A DNA stretch of 49,293 nt, from positions 1-49,293 of the IMG/VR virus record IMGVR_UViG_3300037046_000058; one strand, 5' to 3'. Under the pieces are notes generated by a model. The model saw only the letters and a program-made list of their open reading frames with translations. It was not told the DNA's origin and made no database searches. The translations under genes and the position numbers were made by a program. Shown here in pieces: positions 39,256 through 48,994 of the stretch; position 1 is the stretch's first letter, and the number at the start of each line of letters is the position of its first letter. This DNA is from a virus. Taxonomy: Duplodnaviria > Caudoviricetes.

Positions 39256-39292
39256 CACATAAGTATATATCTAATAAACACATAAGTATATA
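39256..39292 (+). promoter_or_regulatory. Direct repeat CACATAAGTATATA x2 (operator/TATA)
   Basis: Perfect 14-mers at 39256 and 39279, directly before the RHH gene. Confidence 0.7.
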
Positions 39293-39294
39293 GT

Positions 39295-39495
39295 ATGGGA
39301 CACATGCATTTTCAGATAAGCGATGATATAGACAAGGAAATCAGAGTATTTGTTGCTGAGGGCGGCGGGAAGAAAGGTGATTTGAGTGTTTTTGCGGAGG
39401 ATGCGCTGACGTTTCATTTGCGTAAGTTGACGAGAGCGAAGATTGCTTCTGAGTTGAAGTTGGATGTATCTCCTCTTGTCATGCCGGGTGAGTGA
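39295..39495 (+). CDS. Ribbon-helix-helix regulator
   Basis: MHFQISDDIDKEIR…KKGDLSVFAEDAL. Confidence 0.75.
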   Translation: MGHMHFQISDDIDKEIRVFVAEGGGKKGDLSVFAEDALTFHLRKLTRAKIASELKLDVSPLVMPGE

Positions 39496-39501
39496 TACTG
39501 C

Positions 39502-39846
39502 ATGTCACAACATCCAGTCATAAAGTTTCGGGCTTGGGATCATCTGTTGAAGCGATTCAACGATCATTACGCTCGGTATATTTATGAGGCACAGAAGCTA
39601 GATTTCATTGAGTTGAACCAGTTCACTGGGTTGCTGGACGTGAACGGCACAGAGATTTACGGAAACGACTTCTTAAAAGACGATAGGAATATTTACCTTA
39701 TCAAATGGTCAGAAAAAGAAGCTGGTTTTCGAGTCGATAGAAAAGGATGGATTCATGATCATTTCGTAACTGAAATGAATGGCTTGAAAGATTGTGAGGT
39801 TATCGGAAATGTATATGAGAACATAGATTTGTTAAATGGAACGTGA
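39502..39846 (+). CDS. YopX-family phage protein
   Basis: IKFRAWD…QFTGLLDVNGTEIY…EVIGNVYEN. Confidence 0.9.
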   Translation: MSQHPVIKFRAWDHLLKRFNDHYARYIYEAQKLDFIELNQFTGLLDVNGTEIYGNDFLKDDRNIYLIKWSEKEAGFRVDRKGWIHDHFVTEMNGLKDCEVIGNVYENIDLLNGT

Positions 39847-40015
39847 TCTTCGTGCCCATTTGTCATCCGTGTAAGAATCATTCCGGTCGGCTTGGCTGCC
39901 AGACATTGAATGCTGCAACTAACAGGAAATATAAGTCATGCAAGCCGCAGACCTGTTTAGGATTCAGGAGCAACCTTTTTGCGAAAAAGCTTGACCAAAA
40001 AACGAGGGTGTAATC

Positions 40016-40231
40016 TTGACTAAGACTCAATGCCTTTCCTGCGCTGCACCAACAAAGAAATGTCGCTCACCTGAGTTCGCGCACTTGATGAATGCAAGTT
40101 GTCTGAACTGGTCAGAGCGGACGGAATCTGCACGGATACCGGGATTGTTTGAGCGGTTGGCGATAGAGACGGCAGATGCAGAGAAGTTGGAAGAACTTAG
40201 TTATTATCATCATTATGAGGTAAAATTATGA
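40016..40231 (+). CDS. Small Cys-containing hypothetical protein
   Basis: TTG start after GAGGGTG; coupled to the next gene. Confidence 0.5.
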   Translation: MTKTQCLSCAAPTKKCRSPEFAHLMNASCLNWSERTESARIPGLFERLAIETADAEKLEELSYYHHYEVKL

Positions 40232-41061
40232 GGAGTGTAACAATAGACGAATGTACAGAAGGGTATTTGGTGAAAGATGGCATCACGTTCAAGACCTTTG
40301 CCGTCTCGAAAGATAAACTGGTTCAGAAAGTCAAAGAACTCTTGGGTATCACGGACAAGAAAACAGAGAAGCCAAAAGATAGAATCGATATCCTGCGTGA
40401 TGCAGCGAAAGAAATAATAAAGGCGAATCCAAACCCGTTTATCAGTGATAGTTCTAACTCAACATTTCCAAAATATAACAAACTGCCTTCTGGTTCAGAG
40501 ATAACCAAAGAATTGGCTCCAGCTATTAATCAGAGCGGTATTAAACCAATGCCTGCACATGCCTTCGCATTCACCGAGATCGCCGCATTTGAGGTATCTG
40601 TCCAGCCAGTAACCGCAGGGAAATCAATATACTGGCTTCATCCTGGTGGCAAGAAGATAAAGATTTCACGAGTAGGCTACTTATCAGTGTTTATTTATAC
40701 GAACATCAGCGACCTTAAGTACCTCTATGATCACCCGTCAGAACAAAAAGATATACTCCGCGCTTATGGCAAGGTGACTTACGTAAACAAAGCAGTTATC
40801 CTGCGTGGTTTCCTTAAGGATGTTCCATTATCTGCGATTATAAGTTATACTAATAATGATGGTGTGTTTGGTGGGAAAGAAGAACCTTCTTGTGATGATA
40901 TTGTTTTCGAGTCTTGTATTAACGGCTATACTGCCAAAGACGATAATATAGCTAAAAACAACTGTAAATTCTGCATAGATCAGAGCAGATATGAGAATAA
41001 GAACAAACTTGCAGCGAAAAAACCTGCGCCGCCATTGATGAAAGCGATCATACCGCCATGA
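40228..41061 (+). CDS. Hypothetical protein
   Basis: 277-aa ORF, GAGGT RBS. Confidence 0.7.
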   Translation: MRSVTIDECTEGYLVKDGITFKTFAVSKDKLVQKVKELLGITDKKTEKPKDRIDILRDAAKEIIKANPNPFISDSSNSTFPKYNKLPSGSEITKELAPAINQSGIKPMPAHAFAFTEIAAFEVSVQPVTAGKSIYWLHPGGKKIKISRVGYLSVFIYTNISDLKYLYDHPSEQKDILRAYGKVTYVNKAVILRGFLKDVPLSAIISYTNNDGVFGGKEEPSCDDIVFESCINGYTAKDDNIAKNNCKFCIDQSRYENKNKLAAKKPAPPLMKAIIPP

Positions 41062-41274
41062 GTAGTTATACTGGGACTTGTGAAGAAAAAGCAACACATA
41101 TAAAATGTCCTTGGTGTGGTGCTGTTGTTTTAACTGACGATGTTCATGAATGTCACGAACAATTGGTGCGGGTGTCGATATTATGAAGATCGACCCGTTG
41201 CACGTGTGGTATATCCTCATTGTCATTATCATTATGATAACATTCATTGCCATGGCTTCAGGCAGGATACCATG

Positions 41275-41351
41275 AGTCAACGTCACCCGAATAAATTAGG
41301 GTGCATGGGTTAAAGTATCGAGAGGATGCGTAAACAACATACAGAAAGAGG
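41275..41351 (+). repeat. Copy 1 of an IS200/IS605-end-like hairpin element
   Basis: AGTCAACGTC-hairpin(TAAA loop)-GCATGGG…GAGGATGCGTAAA; homologous to 49215-49293. Confidence 0.75.
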
Positions 41352-41359
41352 TAAAAAAT

Positions 41360-41488
41360 ATGGAACGATTAATATTGAAAGAGAAAACAATCGAAAAATT
41401 AGGACATAGATGTAAAAATATCTATATGGGAGAAGATACGGAACGATTTATCATAGAAATAGAAGCAGAAGAAAACGAAGAAATATGA
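41360..41488 (+). CDS. Small acidic hypothetical protein (42 aa)
   Basis: GAGGT RBS; MERLILKEKTIEKLG…EAEENEEI. Confidence 0.5.
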   Translation: MERLILKEKTIEKLGHRCKNIYMGEDTERFIIEIEAEENEEI

Positions 41489-41543
41489 GGTAAAATGACT
41501 ATAGATTCGCATAACAGTTCAAATCATTGAAGTTGCTCCCCGA

Positions 41544-41602
41544 AGTGACTACGACCTCGGACTACAAGTCCGAGGCATCAGTTTAACATACAGAGAGGAC
41601 GC
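41544..41602 (+). repeat. Diverged copy 2 of the hairpin element
   Basis: GTGACTACGA-CCTCGGACT ACA AGTCCGAGG-CAT…TAACA…GAGGACGC, directly before the MTase ATG. Confidence 0.65.
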
Positions 41603-43126
41603 ATGAATAACATATTGCCAATAAATAAAGTAATTTGCGGTGACGCTATCGAACATCTTAAGATATTCCCTGATAATTATTTCGATTCGATTGTTACTGA
41701 CCCGCCTGCAGGGATAGAGTTTATGGGAAAAGAGTGGGATAGTTTCAAGAACAATAAACGCAGCAAAGGGTGGTCGCAACAAAACAAAGAAGGCGGAGAT
41801 ACATTCGGTGGTTTTGGAAAGAAATTAATGCCCTCGTTTTATAATCAAACAAAGAAAGACCGAGACAACTTCATAAGTTATATCTCTGGAATCATGGCGG
41901 AAGGATTAAGAGTTTTGAAGCCTGGCGGTCATGCATTGGTGTGGGCTTTACCACGAACATCACATTGGACAGCAATGGCATTAGAAGATGCTGGATTCGA
42001 GATAAGAGATTGTATTTATCATGTGTTCGGTTCTGGATTCCCCAAATCTCTGAATATAGGCAAGGCGATTGATAAGTTTCAAGGAAACGAGAGAGAAGAT
42101 TTAGGCGAACATGAACCTTTTGGTAGGGAAGGTAGAAACGGAAGTGGAAAGGCAAAGTTCGGAGTCGAAGGGTGGGAAACCAAACCAAAAATGCATTTAA
42201 CAAAAGGCACTACTGAATGGGAAGGATATGGAACTGCATTGAAGCCAGCAGTAGAGTGTTGGTGGCTTGTCAGGAAGCCGATAAGTGAAGATACCGTTGC
42301 AGAGAATGTATTAAAATGGGGTGTGGGTGGAATTAATATTGAAGCATGTAGAGTACACACTACAATAGAAGAACACGAAAAATTAAATGATGGTAGGAAA
42401 TCGAACCGTACTATTCGTGCTGGAGAAGTAGCAAAGGGATTTGGTATGAAACCAGAAGGATTGAAAGACACAGAACAAAGTATTAATGGTCGGTTTCCAG
42501 CCAATTTCATTCATGATGGTTCTGATGAAGTGCTGGCAGAGTTCCCACATAGTAAAAGTGGCGCTATGACAAAACCGTATAAATATACTAACAATGGCTT
42601 CTCTTTAGGCAAACCAACAGGAGAAACAAAACAAATACATGATTCAAATGAGGGTTCAGCATCCAGATTCTTCTATTGTGCAAAGCCGTCGAGAAGTGAG
42701 AGAGATAACGGACTTACTCAGTCAATCGGAACAAAAAGAGAAACTCCGATGGCAGGAAGGGGGCAGGGAGGATTAAAATGCGAAGTTTGTGGAAAGTGGA
42801 AGAATAGTGGTAGTCCTTGCATTTGCGCAAATCCTAAATTTATAGAAGTAAAGTTCGATTCAAAGCCGAATATGAACAATCATCCTACTGTAAAATCACA
42901 AGCACTTATGGAATACCTTATTAAATTAATCACCCCCCCTAACAGTATCGGCTTAGATATGTTTGCAGGTTCAGGAAGTACATTAATTGCTTATAAAAAA
43001 TTAGGACATCGATATATAGGAATTGAAATTGACCCAGAATATTGTAAGATAGCGGAACAGAGACTTATTGCTGATTTGAACGGCAATCGTTCTTTGGATG
43101 CGTATAACGAGTATGAACCGAAGTAA
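41603..43126 (+). CDS. DNA N4/N6 methyltransferase (beta class)
   Basis: Motif IV VTDPPA, RVLKPGG, GSGFPK, HPTVK, motif I DMFAGSGST and GIEIDPEY. Confidence 0.92.
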   Translation: MNNILPINKVICGDAIEHLKIFPDNYFDSIVTDPPAGIEFMGKEWDSFKNNKRSKGWSQQNKEGGDTFGGFGKKLMPSFYNQTKKDRDNFISYISGIMAEGLRVLKPGGHALVWALPRTSHWTAMALEDAGFEIRDCIYHVFGSGFPKSLNIGKAIDKFQGNEREDLGEHEPFGREGRNGSGKAKFGVEGWETKPKMHLTKGTTEWEGYGTALKPAVECWWLVRKPISEDTVAENVLKWGVGGINIEACRVHTTIEEHEKLNDGRKSNRTIRAGEVAKGFGMKPEGLKDTEQSINGRFPANFIHDGSDEVLAEFPHSKSGAMTKPYKYTNNGFSLGKPTGETKQIHDSNEGSASRFFYCAKPSRSERDNGLTQSIGTKRETPMAGRGQGGLKCEVCGKWKNSGSPCICANPKFIEVKFDSKPNMNNHPTVKSQALMEYLIKLITPPNSIGLDMFAGSGSTLIAYKKLGHRYIGIEIDPEYCKIAEQRLIADLNGNRSLDAYNEYEPK

Positions 43127-43289
43127 CCCACACCGCACGCCGCTTCGCTCTGTGCGGTGCCTCTAAGGATAAATGTAAATGTACTAAAAACAATGCATCC
43201 ATACAATATACGTTCGCACCGTTTATACGCTTTCGCTTGTCAGAATAACACCGGATAGCTTCTAATATGAAGGTTTAGGGGTTTTTCTA

Positions 43290-45692
43290 TTATATTTTAA
43301 GGGTTTTTTCAGATTCGATAATCTCATCTAAGAAATCCGCTAACTGCTGCCCGCGTTTAATCACGTTTTGTTCGCCCACTGCAGAATAAAGATATTTAAT
43401 ATTACTTGCATTTCCAATAAATACCAACATGCCTTGATTGGTATTTTGTTTTTTATGTTGTAATACTTGGGTAGATTGCATTCCATGTTCGTATTCGATA
43501 GATATTTTTGTGTCCTTGGACTCAAATGTTATATCTGCTCCTTCTTGGTGTGATATCTGGGACAGTATACCTTTTAGTGCCAGGTATCCTGCAATAAATC
43601 CAACTGTACAATAATGATCAATGCTCTGATTATGGATGGACTCGCATTCGATGAGTTCTCGTTTTATCCATACCCTCGCCATTCCGGCACCTACGGCGCG
43701 CTGTACTCTTCGTGACTCGTATCCCAACGATTGCATCTGTGTATCTTCGCCATCAATCCATTCTTGAAATACTAATCCCTGCTCAATAACAATGGTATTG
43801 AGTAGTTCATGCTTGAGTTTAATACCATCATGCACAGAAGCTATTTGTTTATTTCGTTTGCCTTTAATAATATCGAGTTCAAGTTGAGATGGTTTGAACT
43901 TTATTGGGATGACTTCTTCACCAACAAGAAGTAACCCCTCACCGACTCCTGCACTGAGTAGGTCAGTAGTTGCATTCTCATCCAACTTAAAAAATCCTTT
44001 CACGATATCAACAGTATCACTTCGCATATTTCCAAGAATAATTGAGAGTGGCATGTTGGTACGGAATTCCTCAGATAAATTCACTTTCTGTAAATCAGAT
44101 GGTTGTTGAGTTGCGAGCCATAGACTTACTCCGAAACTGCGCCCCTGGGTGAGTGCACGGAGTAGGAATGTGGATAGTTTCTGATTACGCAGGAACACAG
44201 CGCCTTCATCTATCATCAAGACCGTGCCCTTCTTCGTATCCGTCTGGAATCGTAGCCCCATCAGCCCCGTAGTGAACACGTTAAGGGCATCCTTGAGACT
44301 TTCAGGTACGTTGGATATGTCGCATACTATGAAATCGCTTGAAAGGTTGATGTTTGTCGGCCTATTCAAGAATGACCATGCAGTTGTAAATAGGAACGAT
44401 TTATCAGCCAGAGCTTTTGCAGTTACGTTCAGAGTATCCTTAGAATCTTCGAGCCATACATCGCGGAGATCCAACATAGTAGGGAATTCAGTACAATTCT
44501 CCCATGTTTCTGGTAATCCTCGGATAATTCCTTTACGTTTGTATGTTTCAATCAGACTTTCGCTGATATAATTGGTCATGTTGATAGACAACCCTTCAAA
44601 AAGCACCTGGAAAAACTGCGTTAATAACTCGAAATGATCATCGAAAACACGAATTAAATTGCCGTGTGCTTGTTTATCATACATGATTTGGAGCGGATTT
44701 ATGTTCGAGTCACCATTTCCAATGTCGATAACTGATCCCCCGAAGTAGTCACAAACAGCCCGGTAATCTGTTCCTTTGTCCGCTTTTGGAGTAATATAGA
44801 TAACTCGTTTTCGTAACATAGTTAATGCGCGCATAAGCAGGATTTGGGATGTAAATGTTTTTCCAGATCCTGTCATTCCAACCACGAACATATGCGATGC
44901 TGCCAGAGTGGTTAGGTCAATCATCACGTCTTTTCCTGTTTTCATATCCTGTCCGAACAGAAGCCCGGTTTCATCGGTGCGAGAATTAGTATTTCGAGTA
45001 CCTAACAGAGCACTGGTATGGTAGCTGAACAGTTCACACCATGAATAATCCTGAGAGAATGGATATGGTTGAGCGGAAAGAAATGTATCAAGTTGTTTAT
45101 AGTCCGGCGCCTCGTAATAGATACGATTCGATTCAAGAATAACTTTGACGTGACTCTCGGCAGCCCTCAATTCAATATCTGTTTTACCAAAAAAAATTAT
45201 GATGAATGCTGTGTGGAACATCTTCTGTTTACCTTTAAATATCTCCCGGTAATTCGCTACGAAATCTTCTTCTTCAAGTACTTTCTTGAGTGGTGGTTGT
45301 TTATTTCGGTCGTTTCCTTTCTTATCCCTAAATGATTCCTGAGATACTTTATTGGCATAAATCGCCTTATCAATCATCCGCATGGATTCTACGTTTGAGA
45401 TTGGAATTACGGCGAAAGAATACGCTATCTGATATCCTGAACTGGATAGATTCATGAGATCATCAATGACGCGCGGGTTCAAATCCGCCGGATATCCTGC
45501 CAGATCACTGGTCGGGGGGATTCCTGCAACTATACATCGTGCCATCGTTTCATTATTGATACGAATATGTGTTGGGAATTCTTCGATAGTTGATGGTGCA
45601 ATCACACGCGGTAAGTGATCAAAGTATAATTCCTTATCAGCTTCCATAGTAGCTACTGCTACTTTTCGTTTAAGTTTTTGGAATATATTCAT
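43290..45692 (-). CDS. VirB4-like secretion/conjugation ATPase
   Basis: HMFVVGMTGSGKT (Walker A), SNINPL, LMIDEG (Walker B), GRSFGVSLWLATQQPSD and GVGEGLL motifs. Confidence 0.88.
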   Translation of the reverse strand: MNIFQKLKRKVAVATMEADKELYFDHLPRVIAPSTIEEFPTHIRINNETMARCIVAGIPPTSDLAGYPADLNPRVIDDLMNLSSSGYQIAYSFAVIPISNVESMRMIDKAIYANKVSQESFRDKKGNDRNKQPPLKKVLEEEDFVANYREIFKGKQKMFHTAFIIIFFGKTDIELRAAESHVKVILESNRIYYEAPDYKQLDTFLSAQPYPFSQDYSWCELFSYHTSALLGTRNTNSRTDETGLLFGQDMKTGKDVMIDLTTLAASHMFVVGMTGSGKTFTSQILLMRALTMLRKRVIYITPKADKGTDYRAVCDYFGGSVIDIGNGDSNINPLQIMYDKQAHGNLIRVFDDHFELLTQFFQVLFEGLSINMTNYISESLIETYKRKGIIRGLPETWENCTEFPTMLDLRDVWLEDSKDTLNVTAKALADKSFLFTTAWSFLNRPTNINLSSDFIVCDISNVPESLKDALNVFTTGLMGLRFQTDTKKGTVLMIDEGAVFLRNQKLSTFLLRALTQGRSFGVSLWLATQQPSDLQKVNLSEEFRTNMPLSIILGNMRSDTVDIVKGFFKLDENATTDLLSAGVGEGLLLVGEEVIPIKFKPSQLELDIIKGKRNKQIASVHDGIKLKHELLNTIVIEQGLVFQEWIDGEDTQMQSLGYESRRVQRAVGAGMARVWIKRELIECESIHNQSIDHYCTVGFIAGYLALKGILSQISHQEGADITFESKDTKISIEYEHGMQSTQVLQHKKQNTNQGMLVFIGNASNIKYLYSAVGEQNVIKRGQQLADFLDEIIESEKTLKI

Positions 45693-46513
45693 GATTGTAC
45701 CTGAGATATTAATGATCGGTATATTTGTCCCAATTCCTGTTTGTTCCTTACTGGAATTATGTGCATTCCTGCTTTTGTTAGTTTATTTATTAGTCCAGGA
45801 AAGTATTGTTGTTTGGCTATGTAAGCATCTTGAAGATTATCATATTTTCCAAGTCCTAGAAAAATATAAAACTTCCACTGAATTACTGGTGATGTATTCT
45901 CTAATGCCTGATTGTACAGAGAATATAAGTGGTCTTGTTCCTGCTTTGTGCGTCCTTGCTCATTTAATAATTTAACTATTCCTTTCTCCACAGGACGAAC
46001 GGTTGTTGGCACACTTACAACATATGATTTCAGCATCAGTTCTCCATGCAACGAATCGATCAACGAGCGCACTTGATTGATGTGTGTTTCAATCTCATCA
46101 TCAGAAACTCTATCCGGGTCAACCTTAAGCATCATCCCATATTTTTTGCCGGCGAACTCGATCACACCAGCATCATGGAACTCAACAATCGGTACTATAG
46201 ATGTCATGAATGTTGCTGTTGACGTGTACTTAGCAACCACGTTTTGTCCCCTCAATCCTCGAATTAAGAACTTGTATGCAAGCCATGATCTCGTCAGTAT
46301 TGCAGTAGACCGCATGAATTTGAAGAAAAACGCAAGCACTACGAACAGAATGATAAGTGGAATGATCTTGTTTTTAGCCGACAGTATTGTTATTATAAGT
46401 ATTAGGCAAGTAAGTGCCACCACGACAATTACTGCAACATACCGTATTGGCAACCCCTGGAATTCTTCGTTTATTCTTCGTAAACTCTTTGGCACTGTGT
46501 GACTATTACTCAT
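45689..46513 (-). CDS. PrgI/VirB3-like membrane protein with a cytoplasmic domain
   Basis: Two N-terminal TM helices followed by a soluble domain; ATGA-coupled directly upstream of VirB4. Confidence 0.55.
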   Translation of the reverse strand: MSNSHTVPKSLRRINEEFQGLPIRYVAVIVVVALTCLILIITILSAKNKIIPLIILFVVLAFFFKFMRSTAILTRSWLAYKFLIRGLRGQNVVAKYTSTATFMTSIVPIVEFHDAGVIEFAGKKYGMMLKVDPDRVSDDEIETHINQVRSLIDSLHGELMLKSYVVSVPTTVRPVEKGIVKLLNEQGRTKQEQDHLYSLYNQALENTSPVIQWKFYIFLGLGKYDNLQDAYIAKQQYFPGLINKLTKAGMHIIPVRNKQELGQIYRSLISQVQS

Positions 46514-47361
46514 AATGCCTCCCTTATCATTCTTGAAAGAGTTCCATATCCAAATATTATAATCAAACCGATAATCAGAAGTAGTATCATTAGCGCGGTC
46601 AATGACGACATTTGCATAATCGTATTAGGAGGAAGCGCAGTAATAAACATCACGCCTACTGCTGCAACGAATATTAAAATAGGTTGCATAAATACAATGA
46701 GTAGGAAGTACATAAAGATATTCTTCACAAGGTTCTGTAATGCAGGGATCAAATACAATGCCGCTAACATTAGTCCTCCAGCACAGAACACCACAATTAC
46801 GATATTTCTAATACTCATTATAATAGAAAGTAATAAATAAGATAACGCCATGAAAGAGTACACGACAATATTTTCAGGTGTTAATGGGATCCCATCTAGT
46901 GCTGATGTAGCCAACAGCGCTGTCACTACATAGCATAATTGCAGAATAAAGTATAATCCGAAGTAAGTCAGGAATGGAAAAACCAATGTAAGAACTATTT
47001 TTGATATCCATTCTTTTATCTGAAAATGGTTTGTGTATGTTCCACCATCAATCCAATTTAATCGTTGTACTGTCTGCGGAGAGATTGTGGATAGAATTGC
47101 AAATCCACCACCTGCACAAATATATGCAATCGCGACCATCACGAAAAATATAAGAGATGTTCCCCACCAATCACGTACAAACTCAAGTGAGAACGGATCA
47201 ACAGTTAGTGATAACATATTCACAATAAGTTGTGGTGTTTCGCCACGATTCGCAACAGTCCCATTTCCACTTAGATCAGTCATGGAATCACCTATTGTAT
47301 AAGTGAAAAGTTCCATACCTTTCTTCACGGATGCGGCTGCTACATCATCAACTACTCCCAT
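46510..47361 (-). CDS. VirB6/TrbL-like polytopic membrane protein
   Basis: About 6-7 TM helices with the RxIxI…LAALYLIP…F…VFMQP pattern; operon context. Confidence 0.65.
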   Translation of the reverse strand: MGVVDDVAAASVKKGMELFTYTIGDSMTDLSGNGTVANRGETPQLIVNMLSLTVDPFSLEFVRDWWGTSLIFFVMVAIAYICAGGGFAILSTISPQTVQRLNWIDGGTYTNHFQIKEWISKIVLTLVFPFLTYFGLYFILQLCYVVTALLATSALDGIPLTPENIVVYSFMALSYLLLSIIMSIRNIVIVVFCAGGLMLAALYLIPALQNLVKNIFMYFLLIVFMQPILIFVAAVGVMFITALPPNTIMQMSSLTALMILLLIIGLIIIFGYGTLSRMIREAL

Positions 47362-47705
47362 GTATCGCCCTCAAATAATAAGGTCTTTCCTGATTTTGTA
47401 AATATAATTGTGTTTCCTGTTGGTGTAGTCAGGATAATTTCAGTATCGGTAATCCGATATATGCCAGATATTGTAATATCCGGGAAATATCTATCTTCAT
47501 AGAACACGCCTGTAAATGTTCCATCAGGATATAATGATAAGGTTTCAGTATAATTCTGTGGCGCTTGATGAGTGTAAGTTAATTTAGATTCAACACACCC
47601 GGAAAGAAAGTACAATATCATTATTAGGATTATGAGTGTAAATGAAATCAAACGACAGAATGTCTTTTCAGACATGAATTTTCTTAGTATGTGATATCGT
47701 TTCAT
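47352..47705 (-). CDS. Putative lipoprotein
   Basis: Hydrophobic stretch ending in an LSGC lipobox, followed by a small beta-barrel-like domain (LSLYPDGTF…GIYRI). Confidence 0.7.
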   Translation of the reverse strand: MKRYHILRKFMSEKTFCRLISFTLIILIMILYFLSGCVESKLTYTHQAPQNYTETLSLYPDGTFTGVFYEDRYFPDITISGIYRITDTEIILTTPTGNTIIFTKSGKTLLFEGDTWE

Positions 47706-48631
47706 AGTATCCTCCCTACAATGTATACTGATGCGCTAAATAGTGTTAAGATAGTTCCAATGAATCCGAATAGAAGCGGATTATATACGATTTTCTCAGG
47801 TTCATAAGTTTCCCTGGTAATGTTGAATTGTGAAGGATCCGTTTTAACGGACCCGTAAATATCGGATATGATGATCTCCAATTGTGAATAATTAACCGCT
47901 GAGAGATTCGTATTAATGATTATCGCATTACCGAAGCGCCCTATATCCGCCCCCTGGATATCCCACGCTTCCAGCTGTGAAGCATTAGCGTAATAAATCC
48001 CCTTTTCTGTCTGCTCTACGTGATATGATTTTAGTGTTTGCGTTACGGAATTGTTACCATATCTGATAATAATCTTGCTGCTGTTCGGTTCTAGGACTAT
48101 AATGGCTATCTTTTGCTCTATTGTATTGTTATATTCAACTATGTTTATCCTGGGCCTATAGACCTTATCGAATTGATTAGGACTCTTTTCAGTGTCATGA
48201 AATGTTGCGGTTTCATGGTGTGGGACCTCCCAACATGAACTATCATAGCATAAAATCGATTTCCAGTAAAGATATACGGTTAATGATGCTATTGTAAGGT
48301 TTCCCGCTGTTGAGATTGTAACGGATTTAGTAACCTTCTGTACGCTTCCGGGTACGCTTACCTTTGCATCATACTGTATAATCGCCAGGTCTGCGAGATC
48401 TCCCCGGATAAGATAATTATCCTCATCCCTGATAAGATCGCGGAAGCCGACAATATCCACCCAGGCCTCGATATGTCCGCTTTTCTGCCATTCTATCACA
48501 GGCCTGCCAGGACTAAATGGGAGCTCTGAGATATTGTTGATATATTTCTCATCAAGCATATCGAATAATCCGGCATATGCGGTTTGGGGGAAGAATACAA
48601 GAACCACGAATATCGTTATCCTGCAATCCAT
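47702..48631 (-). CDS. Secreted, C-terminally membrane-anchored protein
   Basis: Signal peptide ending TAYA; several sequons; C-terminal TM helix. Confidence 0.75.
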   Translation of the reverse strand: MDCRITIFVVLVFFPQTAYAGLFDMLDEKYINNISELPFSPGRPVIEWQKSGHIEAWVDIVGFRDLIRDEDNYLIRGDLADLAIIQYDAKVSVPGSVQKVTKSVTISTAGNLTIASLTVYLYWKSILCYDSSCWEVPHHETATFHDTEKSPNQFDKVYRPRINIVEYNNTIEQKIAIIVLEPNSSKIIIRYGNNSVTQTLKSYHVEQTEKGIYYANASQLEAWDIQGADIGRFGNAIIINTNLSAVNYSQLEIIISDIYGSVKTDPSQFNITRETYEPEKIVYNPLLFGFIGTILTLFSASVYIVGRIL

Positions 48632-48960
48632 AGCACAAATCCTATCACCAACGTTGCCAGGAATACAACACCTATTGTGATAAGTACGGACGATATGCCT
48701 TCAGACCTGCTTCCAACATTCCCGGTAATTGTTGCCAGGGTTGCTTTTGCACCGCCAAACATGGCGCCCAAAATCGCACAGATCACTAGAACTACAAACG
48801 CAATCCCTACAATCCACATTATTTTAGTCTTCAAGCCTGTGTCTAAATCTCCCCATGCTTTCGAGAATGTCGGCATTGTGAAGTCACCTTCCGCTGCCAT
48901 CACAGGAAACGCCATTGCACATAATATCAAAGTCATATATATTATTGGTTTCAGTTTCAT
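48616..48960 (-). CDS. VirB2/TrbC-like pilin
   Basis: GAGGT RBS before ATG 48960; signal peptide ending VMA, then two hydrophobic helices joined by a Gly-rich linker; first gene of the VirB4 operon. Confidence 0.6.
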   Translation of the reverse strand: MKLKPIIYMTLILCAMAFPVMAAEGDFTMPTFSKAWGDLDTGLKTKIMWIVGIAFVVLVICAILGAMFGGAKATLATITGNVGSRSEGISSVLITIGVVFLATLVIGFVLWIAG

Positions 48961-48994
48961 ATTATACCTCATTATGTACATAAGGTTATATTAA

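Noticed and set aside
243-48994. Many antisense or alternate-frame ORFs in the supplied track (e.g. 243-581, 13152-13592, 24177-24686, 40828-41286, 46077-46502, 48584-48994)
   Set aside because: They overlap better-supported genes on the opposite strand and lack RBSs or recognisable motifs.
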